Virus record (IMG/VR): IMGVR_UViG_3300033889_000069
Span: 33,591-97,590 of that record
Direction: 5' to 3' (one strand)
DNA from: a virus
DNA length: 64,000 bases
Shown here: positions 1 through 9,720 of the stretch, piece after piece
How positions within the stretch are numbered: the stretch's first letter is position 1
Layout of the letters: each line of letters opens with the position of its first letter
Notes under the pieces: generated by a model
Seen by the model: the letters and a program-made list of their open reading frames with translations, nothing else
What the model was told of the DNA's origin: nothing
Databases searched by the model: none
Made by a program: the position numbers and the translations under genes

Positions 1-1899
1 GAATGTAGCAGTTGCTGTCTGCATATTCCTTGAAAGTTCTAGGATTCCTACAGAAGCAATTGCACCTCTCAAGGAATACATAGCACCAACGCCTCTAGCT
101 GCGATGGATATGAACTTCATAAAAGCGAATCCACCACCAGTGGCGGCTGCAGTTATGAGAGCTAACCATGAAATTGGTCCAGCAAGATTGTTGTTCTTGA
201 AGAACTTAGACACAGATTCCATCGAAGTTATCAGACCCTTGAAGGCTGATTTAACAGCAGGACTGTTACCGATGTCTACCATCATAACTTCAAACTTCTG
301 CTTGGCTAGCTTCAGTTGATCCTCAATATTGTCAGTGGCCTTCTTATAGGCTTCTTCCATAGACCCAGTAACTGAATCAGGGTTGAAGTCCATTGCCATC
401 TTATTCATCTTCTCAATGGCACCAGTAAGAAGTGTAACTGCCTGAAGTGAGTTTGTTTGTGAAAATGCCTTAGACAAATCCTGAGCACTAAGTGTCCCAG
501 CTTTTGTCTTCTTGGCAATCTCATCGAGGAACTGAACTATACTCTTATATCTTCCAGTAGACTTGTCTACAGTATCTATTCCAGTATATTTCTGGATTCG
601 ACCTCTCTGCTGGACCATAGCAGTCATCAATCTCGTCTCAGCCATAGCAGCAAGTCGAGGAGACATACCCTGTCTAGTAAGCTGTGCTAAAACAGCATAC
701 GTATCCCCGATAGACTGGCCTGCTAGTCGAGCAGCAGATTGGACTCTAGCCAAGACAGGTTGGAAATCCTTATATCTACCAATGCCCTTATCAACAAGTT
801 TGAACTGATAGTCAAACACCTCGTTAAGTCTTGACATCGGTAGATTCCAGGCGTTGATCGTAGACAAACCTGCCTTAGAAGCAGTATCAAGATCAGTCTG
901 CCCAGCCGCTGCTGCCTTAGCAGATTTTCCTAGAACATTTATCGAATCAGCAGCCTCAACACCAGAAGATCGAATGTTGTAAAGACCCTTGGTAAAGTCA
1001 TCCATATTGGTAGTAACAACATCACCATAAAGGTCAAGAACCTGCCTCTTTGCTACTTCAAACTCTTGTGCTGAATAGTGGGTGATAGAATTAACTTCTG
1101 CCATCCGCTTTTGGAATGTCCCTGCTTTTACACCAGCTACAGCAAGTGCTCCAGCAGTAGCAAGGAAGGCATATCCCCACTGTGTAGCAACAGAACCAAC
1201 ATCAGATGAAATACGTCGGGCCTGCATACCAATTGTAGTAAAGTGGCTCTCCGCAATCTTCAACTGAGAGTTTAGGAACTCAAACTTCTTAATCTGATCA
1301 GGGCTGAGAAACGTTTGTCCACCCTGAAATGCCTTCGAGGGGAAAGCTGGCATTTGCTTAATAGCATATTGAAGTTGCTTAACCTCATCTGCTTTCCTCT
1401 TTATGTCCTGCTCCCAAGTCGGACTGAGGGCAACCTTCTGCTTAGCAAGAGAAGACATCTCTTGTTTCAATTCAGAGATTCTATCCCTATAATGTTCAAC
1501 TTGGTTTACATAGGCATCAAGGTTGGTCTTCGGGAGATTGAGTTGAGCAGTCTTAAACTGCTGTTTCGTTCTCTCAAGCTCTCTCTGTATGTTTACAAAT
1601 TGTGTTGCATAGCCACGCAGACTCTGGCCAGAAGCTGCCCTCTGTTCCATCATCTGCTTATAGGCTAAATATCTCGCTTGAACAGTCTGAATCCTTTGGG
1701 CAAGAACTTCAGCCTCTCGAATTGCTCCAGCAGAACCCAAAGTAAGGTTCTTTCGACCAATGCTGTCGATGACCTTCTGGGTATGCTCTACTTGCTGGTC
1801 AACTGTTTTGAGGTCACCAGCAGTTTTTGCAATGCTGTTTCCCCACTTATCCCAGCCCTTAAAGACTACTTTCCAAATAAGATCATCAACTACAGGCAT
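1..1899 (-). CDS. Tape measure protein (TP901-family core), partial, runs off window start
   Basis: Not in ORF track; translated by hand from ATG at 1899 (MPVVDDLIWKVVFKG...). Ala/Leu-rich helical protein with typical TMP core (FQKRMAEVNSIT...KGLYNIRSSG...KAAAAGQTDLDTA); follows the tail chaperone. Confidence 0.9.
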   Translation of the reverse strand, partial: MPVVDDLIWKVVFKGWDKWGNSIAKTAGDLKTVDQQVEHTQKVIDSIGRKNLTLGSAGAIREAEVLAQRIQTVQARYLAYKQMMEQRAASGQSLRGYATQFVNIQRELERTKQQFKTAQLNLPKTNLDAYVNQVEHYRDRISELKQEMSSLAKQKVALSPTWEQDIKRKADEVKQLQYAIKQMPAFPSKAFQGGQTFLSPDQIKKFEFLNSQLKIAESHFTTIGMQARRISSDVGSVATQWGYAFLATAGALAVAGVKAGTFQKRMAEVNSITHYSAQEFEVAKRQVLDLYGDVVTTNMDDFTKGLYNIRSSGVEAADSINVLGKSAKAAAAGQTDLDTASKAGLSTINAWNLPMSRLNEVFDYQFKLVDKGIGRYKDFQPVLARVQSAARLAGQSIGDTYAVLAQLTRQGMSPRLAAMAETRLMTAMVQQRGRIQKYTGIDTVDKSTGRYKSIVQFLDEIAKKTKAGTLSAQDLSKAFSQTNSLQAVTLLTGAIEKMNKMAMDFNPDSVTGSMEEAYKKATDNIEDQLKLAKQKFEVMMVDIGNSPAVKSAFKGLITSMESVSKFFKNNNLAGPISWLALITAAATGGGFAFMKFISIAARGVGAMYSLRGAIASVGILELSRNMQTATATF

Positions 1900-2225
1900 T
1901 ATTCATCATCCTCACTCAAAGGATTCTCACTGTTCAGTTCATCATCGAAGTCTCCATCGTCAAATAGCTCATACAGAGTCATGTCCTCCTCATTTAAGGA
2001 GAAATGAGCAAGAATCCTCCTGCCTCCAGACTCAGCTTGCCTCTTTGCCTCCCTTTTCTTCTCAAGATAACTCTCATAGAGAGTATCCATCATGACAAGG
2101 TTCCGAGTAGCTTCATTGTGATAAATCTCAACTACTCTAGGATGCAAAGGATCAAGTTTAAGCCATTTTCCGATTAACTTTTGGAGTCCCCAGCGCCCAC
2201 TGCGCTTAACAACCTTTGCAAAAAA
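1899..2225 (-). CDS. Tail assembly chaperone, -1 frameshift extension (gpGT-like C-terminal part)
   Basis: The -1 frame from TTTTTTG (2225-2219) is open and continuous with ORF 1899..2147; its stop overlaps the TMP start (TAATG). Confidence 0.8.
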   Translation of the reverse strand, partial: FFAKVVKRSGRWGLQKLIGKWLKLDPLHPRVVEIYHNEATRNLVMMDTLYESYLEKKREAKRQAESGGRRILAHFSLNEEDMTLYELFDDGDFDDELNSENPLSEDDE

Positions 2226-3010
2226 TCCTGACTGAGCACCTCCGCCTGATACGCATTGAAAGCAGCCTCAGCATATCCAACGATTGCTGGGTCGCATGCG
2301 TCAAACTCAGACTTATCTGCCCAGTAACGGGTAAACTTCATTTTCTTGTCGCTGATCTTCTCGCCTTTCTCAACGACAGATTGGATCATCCTTCTAACTC
2401 TTGCCCTTCCTGCGCGATATTCAGCACAGTGAAGGACAAGGTTTGCGAAGTCTGTTCCACTTATACACTTCATCAAAGCCTGAGTCTTCTCAAATGGCCC
2501 GATATCAGTGTCAGAAAGTATGCTCTTCAAAGCATCACAGCCCTCATCAATGATAGGCTCAGGAGCTTCGAGTTCCTCTGGCTTCTTTGCCTTCGGCTTT
2601 GTCTTCTTCTCTTCTTCCCAGGCATCATTGAGAGCCTTGTTCGCCTCGATAGTGTCCTCAATCTCCTTCTGGTTTAGAACCCGTCTCTCCCTCTGTCCGA
2701 AGGTTTCAGGATCATCAACCATAGAGAGAATGTCTCTCGCTACCTGTGCAATATAAGGCAGCTTATCTTCCTTGTGAAGACGGAAAAGTGTTGTCGCATA
2801 AAGCGCCTCTGCTGCCTCTTCTTCACCCTGAGTAGGATTGCGAACAAAGAGTGTTTCTCCACCAGGAAGCGGTATTGGCCTTCGACCCTGAAGGTCAACA
2901 ATCTCTTCTACTACCTCATCAGCTTCCTTCTCAGTGAGCTTGTCAGGGTCACGAGAAACCTGAACTTTCTCAATATCTTCTGTAGTTACTTCGGGCTTGT
3001 CATCAGACAT
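2174..3010 (-). CDS. Tail assembly chaperone (gpG-like)
   Basis: Acidic 278-aa protein upstream of TMP, with a slippery site near its 3' end. Confidence 0.75.
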   Translation of the reverse strand: MSDDKPEVTTEDIEKVQVSRDPDKLTEKEADEVVEEIVDLQGRRPIPLPGGETLFVRNPTQGEEEAAEALYATTLFRLHKEDKLPYIAQVARDILSMVDDPETFGQRERRVLNQKEIEDTIEANKALNDAWEEEKKTKPKAKKPEELEAPEPIIDEGCDALKSILSDTDIGPFEKTQALMKCISGTDFANLVLHCAEYRAGRARVRRMIQSVVEKGEKISDKKMKFTRYWADKSEFDACDPAIVGYAEAAFNAYQAEVLSQDFLQRLLSAVGAGDSKS

Positions 3011-3028
3011 GGGAATCTTGTTCCTCCG

Positions 3029-3973
3029 TTATATGATAGATTCTGAAACTCCTGCACCTTTAGCAGACTCATCAAGAACTCGCTTCTTCCAGAATGGATC
3101 AGCATAGAAAGGTTGTCTACAATTGCCACAACCAACCTCTATATCTTTCCATAACTTTCCGAGTTTTGTTTCCCATCCGCAGTTAGGGCAAGATACGATC
3201 AGACCGAGTGAAGGGACAGGACGAGCAGCAACAGCGTGCCCATCATCCTGTATGTGAAGAGGCTTAACACGCGGATTGATAATGAGCTGATAGCCCTTCT
3301 CCTTGGCCTCAAGGTAGAAGTAGCCATCCTCTCCGATACCATACTTGTCTACCGAAAACTCATCCCAATTAACACTGGAAAAGACTTCCCGATGTATAAG
3401 GGCACAATCCAGTCCCGACCAATCAGCATTGAATGGCTCCGTTGAATTAAGATCAACTTCATCATAATCCCACTCTCCCTTGTCAAAACTGAGGGCCAGT
3501 GGTCGGTGCTGGATTCTACTCACATACAACCCAGAAGTCAGTTTTTCATTCATCCCAAGAAGTGTCTTGAGAGATTTAGGTTCAAGAACAATGTCACTAC
3601 CAACAGAGAAGATGTAGTCAACATCAGGAAGATTGTCTACTACAAAATGAGTATACAGATTCCTCAAAGTAGCAGCAAATCTTGCCCTTGTCTTCCAGGG
3701 AATGATGTCCGAAGTGTTCGGGTCATTCCCTCTCAGCGTAGTGGTAGCAACAAAGCAACGATCTGGATATGGCCAAAGCTCTATGAACTTGTCTATCTTC
3801 ACTTCAACGTTCTTTGCGCAGAAATCATCCAAAGCGAAGACAATGGTAATCTTCTTCTTTGGATAATCCAGCTCAAATACGCCGCGTGCGAAGTCCATGA
3901 AACTATAGCTCTTGGACTCCGAAATCGGAATACAGATCGCAATATTAGGTTGTGGGGTTCCTGAGACCCTCAT
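3029..3973 (-). CDS. GT-A fold (GT2-like) glycosyltransferase with C-terminal zinc ribbon
   Basis: IAICIP...LDYPK N-terminus, LRN, YIFSVGSD (DxD-like), SGLY, GLDCALI, GEDGYF; CPNC...CGNC at the C-terminus. Confidence 0.8.
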   Translation of the reverse strand: MRVSGTPQPNIAICIPISESKSYSFMDFARGVFELDYPKKKITIVFALDDFCAKNVEVKIDKFIELWPYPDRCFVATTTLRGNDPNTSDIIPWKTRARFAATLRNLYTHFVVDNLPDVDYIFSVGSDIVLEPKSLKTLLGMNEKLTSGLYVSRIQHRPLALSFDKGEWDYDEVDLNSTEPFNADWSGLDCALIHREVFSSVNWDEFSVDKYGIGEDGYFYLEAKEKGYQLIINPRVKPLHIQDDGHAVAARPVPSLGLIVSCPNCGWETKLGKLWKDIEVGCGNCRQPFYADPFWKKRVLDESAKGAGVSESII

Positions 3974-3984
3974 ATCGCTTTTCC

Positions 3985-4764
3985 TTACGAGGTCGCGCCA
4001 GGCCAGGTGGTAGTCTCCAGAACAGAGGCATACGCGAAGTATACCAGAATCCGGTTGTCTGCCACAAAGTTTGTCCCATCGGCGCGAGCGACGGTTACGC
4101 TGTTCGACGTTGACGAGACCACAGTCAGCTCGTTCCAGTCATACTCAACAGGCTCACCACCGAGACTTACCTTCTCAACAGCCCCAAGGGCATATTGATT
4201 GCTGAAGACTCTGGAGAGCTTGAGAGCGGTCTTGGACAGAGTTAGCGTGATCTGCGCCTGCCCACCCTGAGCCTCGCTTACAGTGAAGCGGTCGATGCCA
4301 ACAGCCTTGTTCGGAAGCTTGGTAAACCGAGCCGCACCGAACTCGAACCGCAGCATTGTGGCATCATTGAGAGCAGTAGTGAAAGGCTGGTTGGTGAACG
4401 TCGGCTTCTTGACGAACGCACCAGCAATATACTTAGTGCGCTTCTTATTCCACACGTTCACAGCAATCCAAGGACTACCGAAGTTGCTCAGGTCAGCGTC
4501 AACGAGGTCAGCGTCGGTTGCACGAGCCTGAAGGGCACGATAGAGGTCCATCTTCTCCGAGTCAATGACCTCGATGAAGCCATTGTTCTCAGGAACCTGG
4601 GTATCAACTACCTGCTCATCAGAATCATACTCTCCGAATCTGTCTACGCCTTGCGTAGTCGTTGACTCGAAACCCTGCACACCAGCGATTGGTCCTTCCT
4701 CACCGATGTAGACACGCATGTGTCTACCGCGCTTGACTTGCCTATTCGCAGTGTCAAGTCCCAC
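3985..4764 (-). CDS. Major tail (tube) protein
   Basis: Synteny; beta-rich 259 aa; very strong SD (AAGGAGGTGA) before a GTG start. Confidence 0.65.
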   Translation of the reverse strand: MGLDTANRQVKRGRHMRVYIGEEGPIAGVQGFESTTTQGVDRFGEYDSDEQVVDTQVPENNGFIEVIDSEKMDLYRALQARATDADLVDADLSNFGSPWIAVNVWNKKRTKYIAGAFVKKPTFTNQPFTTALNDATMLRFEFGAARFTKLPNKAVGIDRFTVSEAQGGQAQITLTLSKTALKLSRVFSNQYALGAVEKVSLGGEPVEYDWNELTVVSSTSNSVTVARADGTNFVADNRILVYFAYASVLETTTWPGATS

Positions 4765-4809
4765 TTGTTTTCACCTCCTTCTGGGTTAACTCACCTAATA
4801 GTCTCTTCC

Positions 4810-4819
4810 TTATACTACA
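4810..4819 (-). promoter_or_regulatory. Putative promoter -10 motif TGTAGTATAA upstream of major tail gene
   Basis: Same motif at 7946-7955(-), 46550-46559(+) and near-copy at 18188-18197(-). Confidence 0.5.
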
Positions 4820-4867
4820 TTACAAAACATCATCCAGAGCGTAAGAAAGAGTCATATTGAGTTTATA

Positions 4868-5233
4868 CTACGTTGCCTTTACGCCATCGATGCACCCGAA
4901 ACACTCAGTTACACGATGGCAATTCCCTGACTTAACGCACTCGTCACACTGAATGACTTCCTTGTCGAAGACATCTTTATCCCAATCAGGGAGAGGGACA
5001 GTCTGCCCGGCAAGCTCGTGAGTAGAGTCAGGAAGAAACTCGATGTTACCATCAGTCACATAGGAGTGACAACGACCATTCTGCTGCCCTCCGCTTGTGA
5101 GCATTGAAGCTCGAAAGGTAGGCTTTTCAAAGTCTCCATTGAAAGTCCACCTCTCATCGAACTTATGCCCGCACCCGCAAGCAGGGCAGTGAATCATGAA
5201 TCCGCCACCTTCACACTTCAAAACCTTTGCCAT
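4868..5233 (-). CDS. DUF6527-like Cys/His-rich small protein
   Basis: HCPACGCGH...WTFNGDFEKPTFRASML...CHSYVTDGNIEFLPDSTHELAGQTVPLPD pattern. Confidence 0.65.
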   Translation of the reverse strand: MAKVLKCEGGGFMIHCPACGCGHKFDERWTFNGDFEKPTFRASMLTSGGQQNGRCHSYVTDGNIEFLPDSTHELAGQTVPLPDWDKDVFDKEVIQCDECVKSGNCHRVTECFGCIDGVKAT

Positions 5234-5300
5234 GACGTTATCTCCTCTAATCCATCCGAAAACCGGAGGTATTCTTAGTCGGCTTTACGAGTGAAGGGCT

Positions 5301-5318
5301 TGCATTCGCGTGAATTCA
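5301..5318 (-). repeat. 18-bp oriented motif TGAATTCACGCGAWTGCA, copy 1 of 7
   Basis: Exact match; intergenic, just after the stop of 5328..5873. Confidence 0.95.
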
Positions 5319-5327
5319 CGCCCGTTT

Positions 5328-5873
5328 TTAGGGCGCAATCGCTTCTATCGGGAAGGTAAGGCGAAGTTCACCGTGTATCTGGTAAAGATCGACTTGATCA
5401 AAGCTATCTGGCCATCTATTGTATTGATGGATGAAAGAGTCTATATCTGCATCAGGATACAGAGCATAGAACTTCTCATCGTCAGTAGTGAATGCTCTGG
5501 ATACTACACTGAAATATCGCTGAGCACCAGTCTTGCCACCAGCAGGACTAGCGTTGTGAGCATCACCACGAGAGGACCAGACATCTATCCCGAAGACAGC
5601 GTGAACTAGGTTCCCTCTAGTCTCAACTTTTGTCTCCTTGTCTACGTCGAGGATGTTGTCATATCCACTCGCAGCAAAGTCCGACTCCTCATAGGAGACT
5701 GTGACGAAGACTTTATGTAGAGGTGTCGCCCCAGTGAAGTTTGGAAACCCTGTCCGAACCTCCGAGAGTGTATCACCAGCAAGGGCAGACTCAACATAGC
5801 TCTTGACAGCACCCTCAGCAGCATTTATGAAATCTTGTTCTGTAAATCTACCCACGTCTAAATGACCTCTCAA
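5328..5873 (-). CDS. Putative tail terminator/completion protein
   Basis: Size and position upstream of the tail tube gene; IDVWS motif. Confidence 0.55.
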   Translation of the reverse strand: MRGHLDVGRFTEQDFINAAEGAVKSYVESALAGDTLSEVRTGFPNFTGATPLHKVFVTVSYEESDFAASGYDNILDVDKETKVETRGNLVHAVFGIDVWSSRGDAHNASPAGGKTGAQRYFSVVSRAFTTDDEKFYALYPDADIDSFIHQYNRWPDSFDQVDLYQIHGELRLTFPIEAIAP

Positions 5874-6312
5874 TCTCCCTCTTGATCCTCATAGTATATC
5901 TGTTAAGGACTCTGTGCCAAGCCCTGTAGATAAACTTGTCAGGAGGAACCGCAGGGTGTATCGCGTGCTCTCTAACAATCCCAAGGGCAGGGAAATACAA
6001 CTTCTTATCTCCAACCTTCGGGATTCGGAAAGGATGAGGGATTCCAAAGTTCCAATAGGCTAGAAGCTGACCTTCATCCTTATGGTTGTGAAGTTCAAGT
6101 CTCCAGCCTATATCTTTACCAGCAGCTAGTCTTGATAAGGTAAAGGCTCTTGGGACAACAAACTTAGAAAGAAATGGAGGTGCCTCTTTTCGGAGTTCAT
6201 CGATGAGCATGGCCATGAATTCGCCACTTGTGATTATCTCATCCAGGGCAGCTCTTGCCTTGGTATGAGCAACCATGATCCCATCTATAACATCCTTTGG
6301 CCTTCTCGCCAT
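5848..6312 (-). CDS. Putative neck/tail-completion protein (HK97 gp10-like)
   Basis: Basic 154-aa protein, YWNFG..PF.I...HP...P.KFI.RA pattern; synteny. Confidence 0.55.
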   Translation of the reverse strand: MARRPKDVIDGIMVAHTKARAALDEIITSGEFMAMLIDELRKEAPPFLSKFVVPRAFTLSRLAAGKDIGWRLELHNHKDEGQLLAYWNFGIPHPFRIPKVGDKKLYFPALGIVREHAIHPAVPPDKFIYRAWHRVLNRYTMRIKREIERSFRRG

Positions 6313-6779
6313 CAGAGGACTCCATTTGACTTTCGCACCTTGCCATATTGAGCGATAACATCTTCCCCAAGTTTGAGATCACGCTTGAATATAAACTGGT
6401 GGAACTGTCCAACAGGATACTCAATTGTGACGACTTCCTCAAGGTTTACGAACCCATCGACAATGAAGACTCCCTCATTCTCATCAAGGGTTCCGATGTT
6501 CATCTCAGCCATCTGGGACGCCTTGAGATCATCGAAGTAAAAGCCCTTGACGTCCTCAGATATAAGTTCACCAATAAGTCCATTCCTACAAGCAGGAGAA
6601 GACGGATTGTCTGAATGGTATAGAAAATCAGCCTCTGGATCAAACTCATTGCTGTTTCCTCCCCATCCACCAGGGCAACGTGCTGGCTCCTCTGAGTAAC
6701 GGTATATCTTCACGTTATACATCAAAGGAGTCAGCTTCTGCCTAAACTTCTTCTTCCAGTATTCACCCGTTGTAGTCAT
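6312..6779 (-). CDS. Putative head-closure/head-tail joining protein
   Basis: Synteny between adaptor and neck genes. Confidence 0.45.
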   Translation of the reverse strand: MTTTGEYWKKKFRQKLTPLMYNVKIYRYSEEPARCPGGWGGNSNEFDPEADFLYHSDNPSSPACRNGLIGELISEDVKGFYFDDLKASQMAEMNIGTLDENEGVFIVDGFVNLEEVVTIEYPVGQFHQFIFKRDLKLGEDVIAQYGKVRKSNGVL

Positions 6780-7240
6780 TAGACATTCCTCCAGACTTTC
6801 CTATTGACTATGTCACTAACTCCCTGTCTACTTAGACCAAGCTGATCAGCAATCTCGGATTGTTTCACCTGCCCGCTTCCTACAAGTTCTCTTATCACAA
6901 GAACTGTTTCAGCAGTGATCTTAGCATTAGGATTGTCTGAACCTACTCCAGATCGACCTTTAGATACCTTATCAGCTATGTTATCCTCGTTCGTTCCTAA
7001 CCACAAGTGCTCAGGATTTACACAACCAGGATTATCACAGCTATGAAGGACATCAAGACCATCAGGAATCTCTCCAACAAAATGTTGATAAGAGAAACGA
7101 TGGGCAGACATTGGTCTACCACTAACACTGAACTGTCCGTAACCTTTTCCCCATTTACCAGCAGTCCAATTCCAGCAACCTGTCTGATCATCAATCTCTA
7201 TCTTATCCAGAAATCTGGATACAATTTCCTCGTCAAACAT
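6779..7240 (-). CDS. HNH homing endonuclease with C-terminal HTH
   Basis: CWNW..GYG..AHR..HSCDNPGCVNPEHL..DN..KGR; start taken at ATG 7240. Confidence 0.9.
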   Translation of the reverse strand: MFDEEIVSRFLDKIEIDDQTGCWNWTAGKWGKGYGQFSVSGRPMSAHRFSYQHFVGEIPDGLDVLHSCDNPGCVNPEHLWLGTNEDNIADKVSKGRSGVGSDNPNAKITAETVLVIRELVGSGQVKQSEIADQLGLSRQGVSDIVNRKVWRNV

Positions 7241-7928
7241 AACTGTCAGTCCGAGGATCATACTGCCGTTCTCTATCCCGAAGCATCCTGGGCTTATTGA
7301 GAATCTTCGTCCCACCATACTTCCGAGATACAGCTACAACCTGTCTCTGCCAAGAAGAAATCTTCGCAGCATACTTACCTGCTGGAGAGAAAGCCTCCTT
7401 CAGAGTGATTGGACCAGCAGTTATCCCTGTCGATAGGGCATCTCCGCCACCACCTACAACTCTGGCTATGTGCATCGCAGCCAACATTGCTACGGACATC
7501 ACACAAGGCTGAGGGGCAGCTTCATAGCCAGCTTTGTAGACAACGACAACATTCTGCATACCAATTGGGAACTCGACCTTCATCGCAATTCGGTTGGTAT
7601 AGCGGAAGACGTTTGCGAGGTCTACAGCAGTCCCATCGATGGTAACAGAAACGATCTCCTGGACAGGCTTGTTTGACAGCCGGAGATTGAATAGACCGTT
7701 GCCATCTATAGCTTCAGTGAAAGTCTTGTAGTCAAAGTGCTTGCCTTTGCACATGACTTCCTCGAAGTAGGGCAGAGCGTAGTCATTCGCTATCTCTAGG
7801 ACATCATCGTCTGTCCAGACTGTAGAGTCAAAGTCCTCCACTGCCTGTAGCAAATCAGTTATCTGCTTGGCAGTGACTTTGATTCCACCAGAAATGTAAT
7901 CTCCATCTGCCATGTAGTCACCTTCCAT
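7233..7928 (-). CDS. Head-tail adaptor (gp6/gp15-like)
   Basis: DGNG..L.L...PV..I.SV...G.QNV.V.YKAGY...P pattern; synteny. Confidence 0.7.
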   Translation of the reverse strand: MEGDYMADGDYISGGIKVTAKQITDLLQAVEDFDSTVWTDDDVLEIANDYALPYFEEVMCKGKHFDYKTFTEAIDGNGLFNLRLSNKPVQEIVSVTIDGTAVDLANVFRYTNRIAMKVEFPIGMQNVVVVYKAGYEAAPQPCVMSVAMLAAMHIARVVGGGGDALSTGITAGPITLKEAFSPAGKYAAKISSWQRQVVAVSRKYGGTKILNKPRMLRDRERQYDPRTDSYV

Positions 7929-7945
7929 AAGTAGTCATCGGGTAG

Positions 7946-7976
7946 TTATACTACATATGTGGTAGACCAATGGCAA
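7946..7976 (-). promoter_or_regulatory. sigma70-like promoter TTGCCA-N17-TAGTAT
   Basis: Exact 17-nt spacing; intergenic upstream of the adaptor gene. Confidence 0.6.
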
Positions 7977-8004
7977 TAGCTACTACATCAACGATGAGCC
8001 AGAA

Positions 8005-9720
8005 TCACCCGATTGAGAGGCCAAGTTTATGGTTTATATAAGCATAGCCTCTTTGCATTGCCTGTGTGTTCCATGCTTTTGCGGTAAGTCTATCGGGGGC
8101 AGAAGGGTTATAAACAAGTCCAACAACTTTGCTGCGAATGAACCTGAATCCCTTCTGGGAAAGTCGAAGCCAGAGTTCCCAATCCTCCGGTCCAACATAT
8201 CCGTTCTTGTGGAGTTCTTCATCAAACAGTTCTTCGCGTATAACAGCACCACGAATAACTGTTCCAGAGACAACGATATAGTTATGTCTGAGTAGCTTCT
8301 CCCTGCTAAAAGGATAGAAGGAATTCATCTTGACTTTCCTTCCATCTGCCATCTCGAATCCAGTCCCATAGGCTACATCAGCCCTCTTGGTGACCATATC
8401 GAGAAGCATGTGCTTAGCAAAGAAAGGATACCAGTAATCATCATCATCACAGAAGCCTACATAATCTCCTGTCGAGGCTTTGATCCCAGTATTCCTCGCA
8501 GCTGATAGGCCAGAGTTCACCTCGTGCTCGATATACTTCACTCCAAGCTTCTTGACCTCGCTGTAGTCTGATTCGTGGTCTCCGTCATTTACGACGATAA
8601 CCTCAACATTAGGAATGTTCTGGGCCAAAGCAGCTTTAGCAGCCCTGAGAGCCAACTCCGGGCGCTTGTAGGTTGGGATGACAATAGACATCTTCAAGGT
8701 ATCGAGATCAGGTTTTGGAGCTGGCTCTGGCTTCTTCACAGGCTTTATCTCCCTCCCAAGAAGGCTGCTATAGAGTTTCCCATATTGTGTGAGCATAGAC
8801 TCGTGGGAATAGTTGGCGAAAGCAAACTCCTGGGCTTTAGCTCCCATCTGCCTTCTAAGAGCAGTGCTATTGGTGAGTTCGACAACAGCACTCTTGAACC
8901 TCTCGAACTCAACACAGTAACCCCTCCCATCAGCCAGCAGAATTGGTATATCTCCGATAGGAGGGGCAACTACAGGTATGCCAGAGGCCATTGCTTCTAT
9001 GATAACAGTCGGAAGGACATCAGCATTGGTAGGGTAAACGAAGATGTCTATCCCCTTCAGAGCTTCATTGACGTCCCAGCGGTTCCCTTGCCAGTTAACA
9101 GACATACTCAGAGAGTGTGCCTCTTGAACCATCCTCGACTTCAAGGTCCCATCTCCAACAACAGTCAGAGAACAGGAAGTTGTCTTCGTAGCTTTCTTGA
9201 GAATCGCCATTGAATCTCGATGGAGCTTCTGGTCGAGTCGGGAAACAAATCCAGCACAGAGCCGGGGAGGGCTGTAGTTCCTTTGGAACCTAAACCCATC
9301 CAGATTGAACCCGTTCTTGATGATCCTACAAGGGAACTCCTGAATACTCTTCTGGATAGGAGTTATTGCTATGAGGTTATCGCACATGTGTGGAAACTTG
9401 CTCATCTCATGCATAGTGATGACAACAGGGAAGTCAAACCGATCTATCTGGTTAAGATCGAGAACCCTCTGCCACCCATCATTATGCCACCAGTGGATAT
9501 GAAGAATATCATATCCCTGCTTCTCCATGATCTGAACGATCTCATTCTCGCCAGTCACCATGTAGTAGGGTATATCATATTCCTCTCTGAGCGGCAGGAA
9601 TGCAGACCCATCACCTTCGAGGGCAGCAACTCCAGAGCCAGGGAAACCTTCTGCTATAGATAGGGCTACCCTCTGAGCACCACCTTGAGCATAAGTCCAC
9701 ATCAAATGCAAAACCTTCAT
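8005..9720 (-). CDS. Bifunctional glycosyltransferase, GT4 (N-terminal) fused to GT2 (C-terminal)
   Basis: MKVLH..GGAQR, DIFVYP...P..IIEAMASGIPVV (GT4); SIVIPTY, VIVVNDG, GLSAARNTGI, FCDDDD, EDWELWLR (GT2). Confidence 0.92.
   Translation of the reverse strand: MKVLHLMWTYAQGGAQRVALSIAEGFPGSGVAALEGDGSAFLPLREEYDIPYYMVTGENEIVQIMEKQGYDILHIHWWHNDGWQRVLDLNQIDRFDFPVVITMHEMSKFPHMCDNLIAITPIQKSIQEFPCRIIKNGFNLDGFRFQRNYSPPRLCAGFVSRLDQKLHRDSMAILKKATKTTSCSLTVVGDGTLKSRMVQEAHSLSMSVNWQGNRWDVNEALKGIDIFVYPTNADVLPTVIIEAMASGIPVVAPPIGDIPILLADGRGYCVEFERFKSAVVELTNSTALRRQMGAKAQEFAFANYSHESMLTQYGKLYSSLLGREIKPVKKPEPAPKPDLDTLKMSIVIPTYKRPELALRAAKAALAQNIPNVEVIVVNDGDHESDYSEVKKLGVKYIEHEVNSGLSAARNTGIKASTGDYVGFCDDDDYWYPFFAKHMLLDMVTKRADVAYGTGFEMADGRKVKMNSFYPFSREKLLRHNYIVVSGTVIRGAVIREELFDEELHKNGYVGPEDWELWLRLSQKGFRFIRSKVVGLVYNPSAPDRLTAKAWNTQAMQRGYAYINHKLGLSIG

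Noticed and set aside
104..2095. Plus-strand ORFs at the window start
   Set aside because: Shadows of the minus-strand tape measure and chaperone-extension genes.
1899..2147. Independent 82-aa gene with TTG start
   Set aside because: No clear SD; better explained as the frameshifted chaperone extension.
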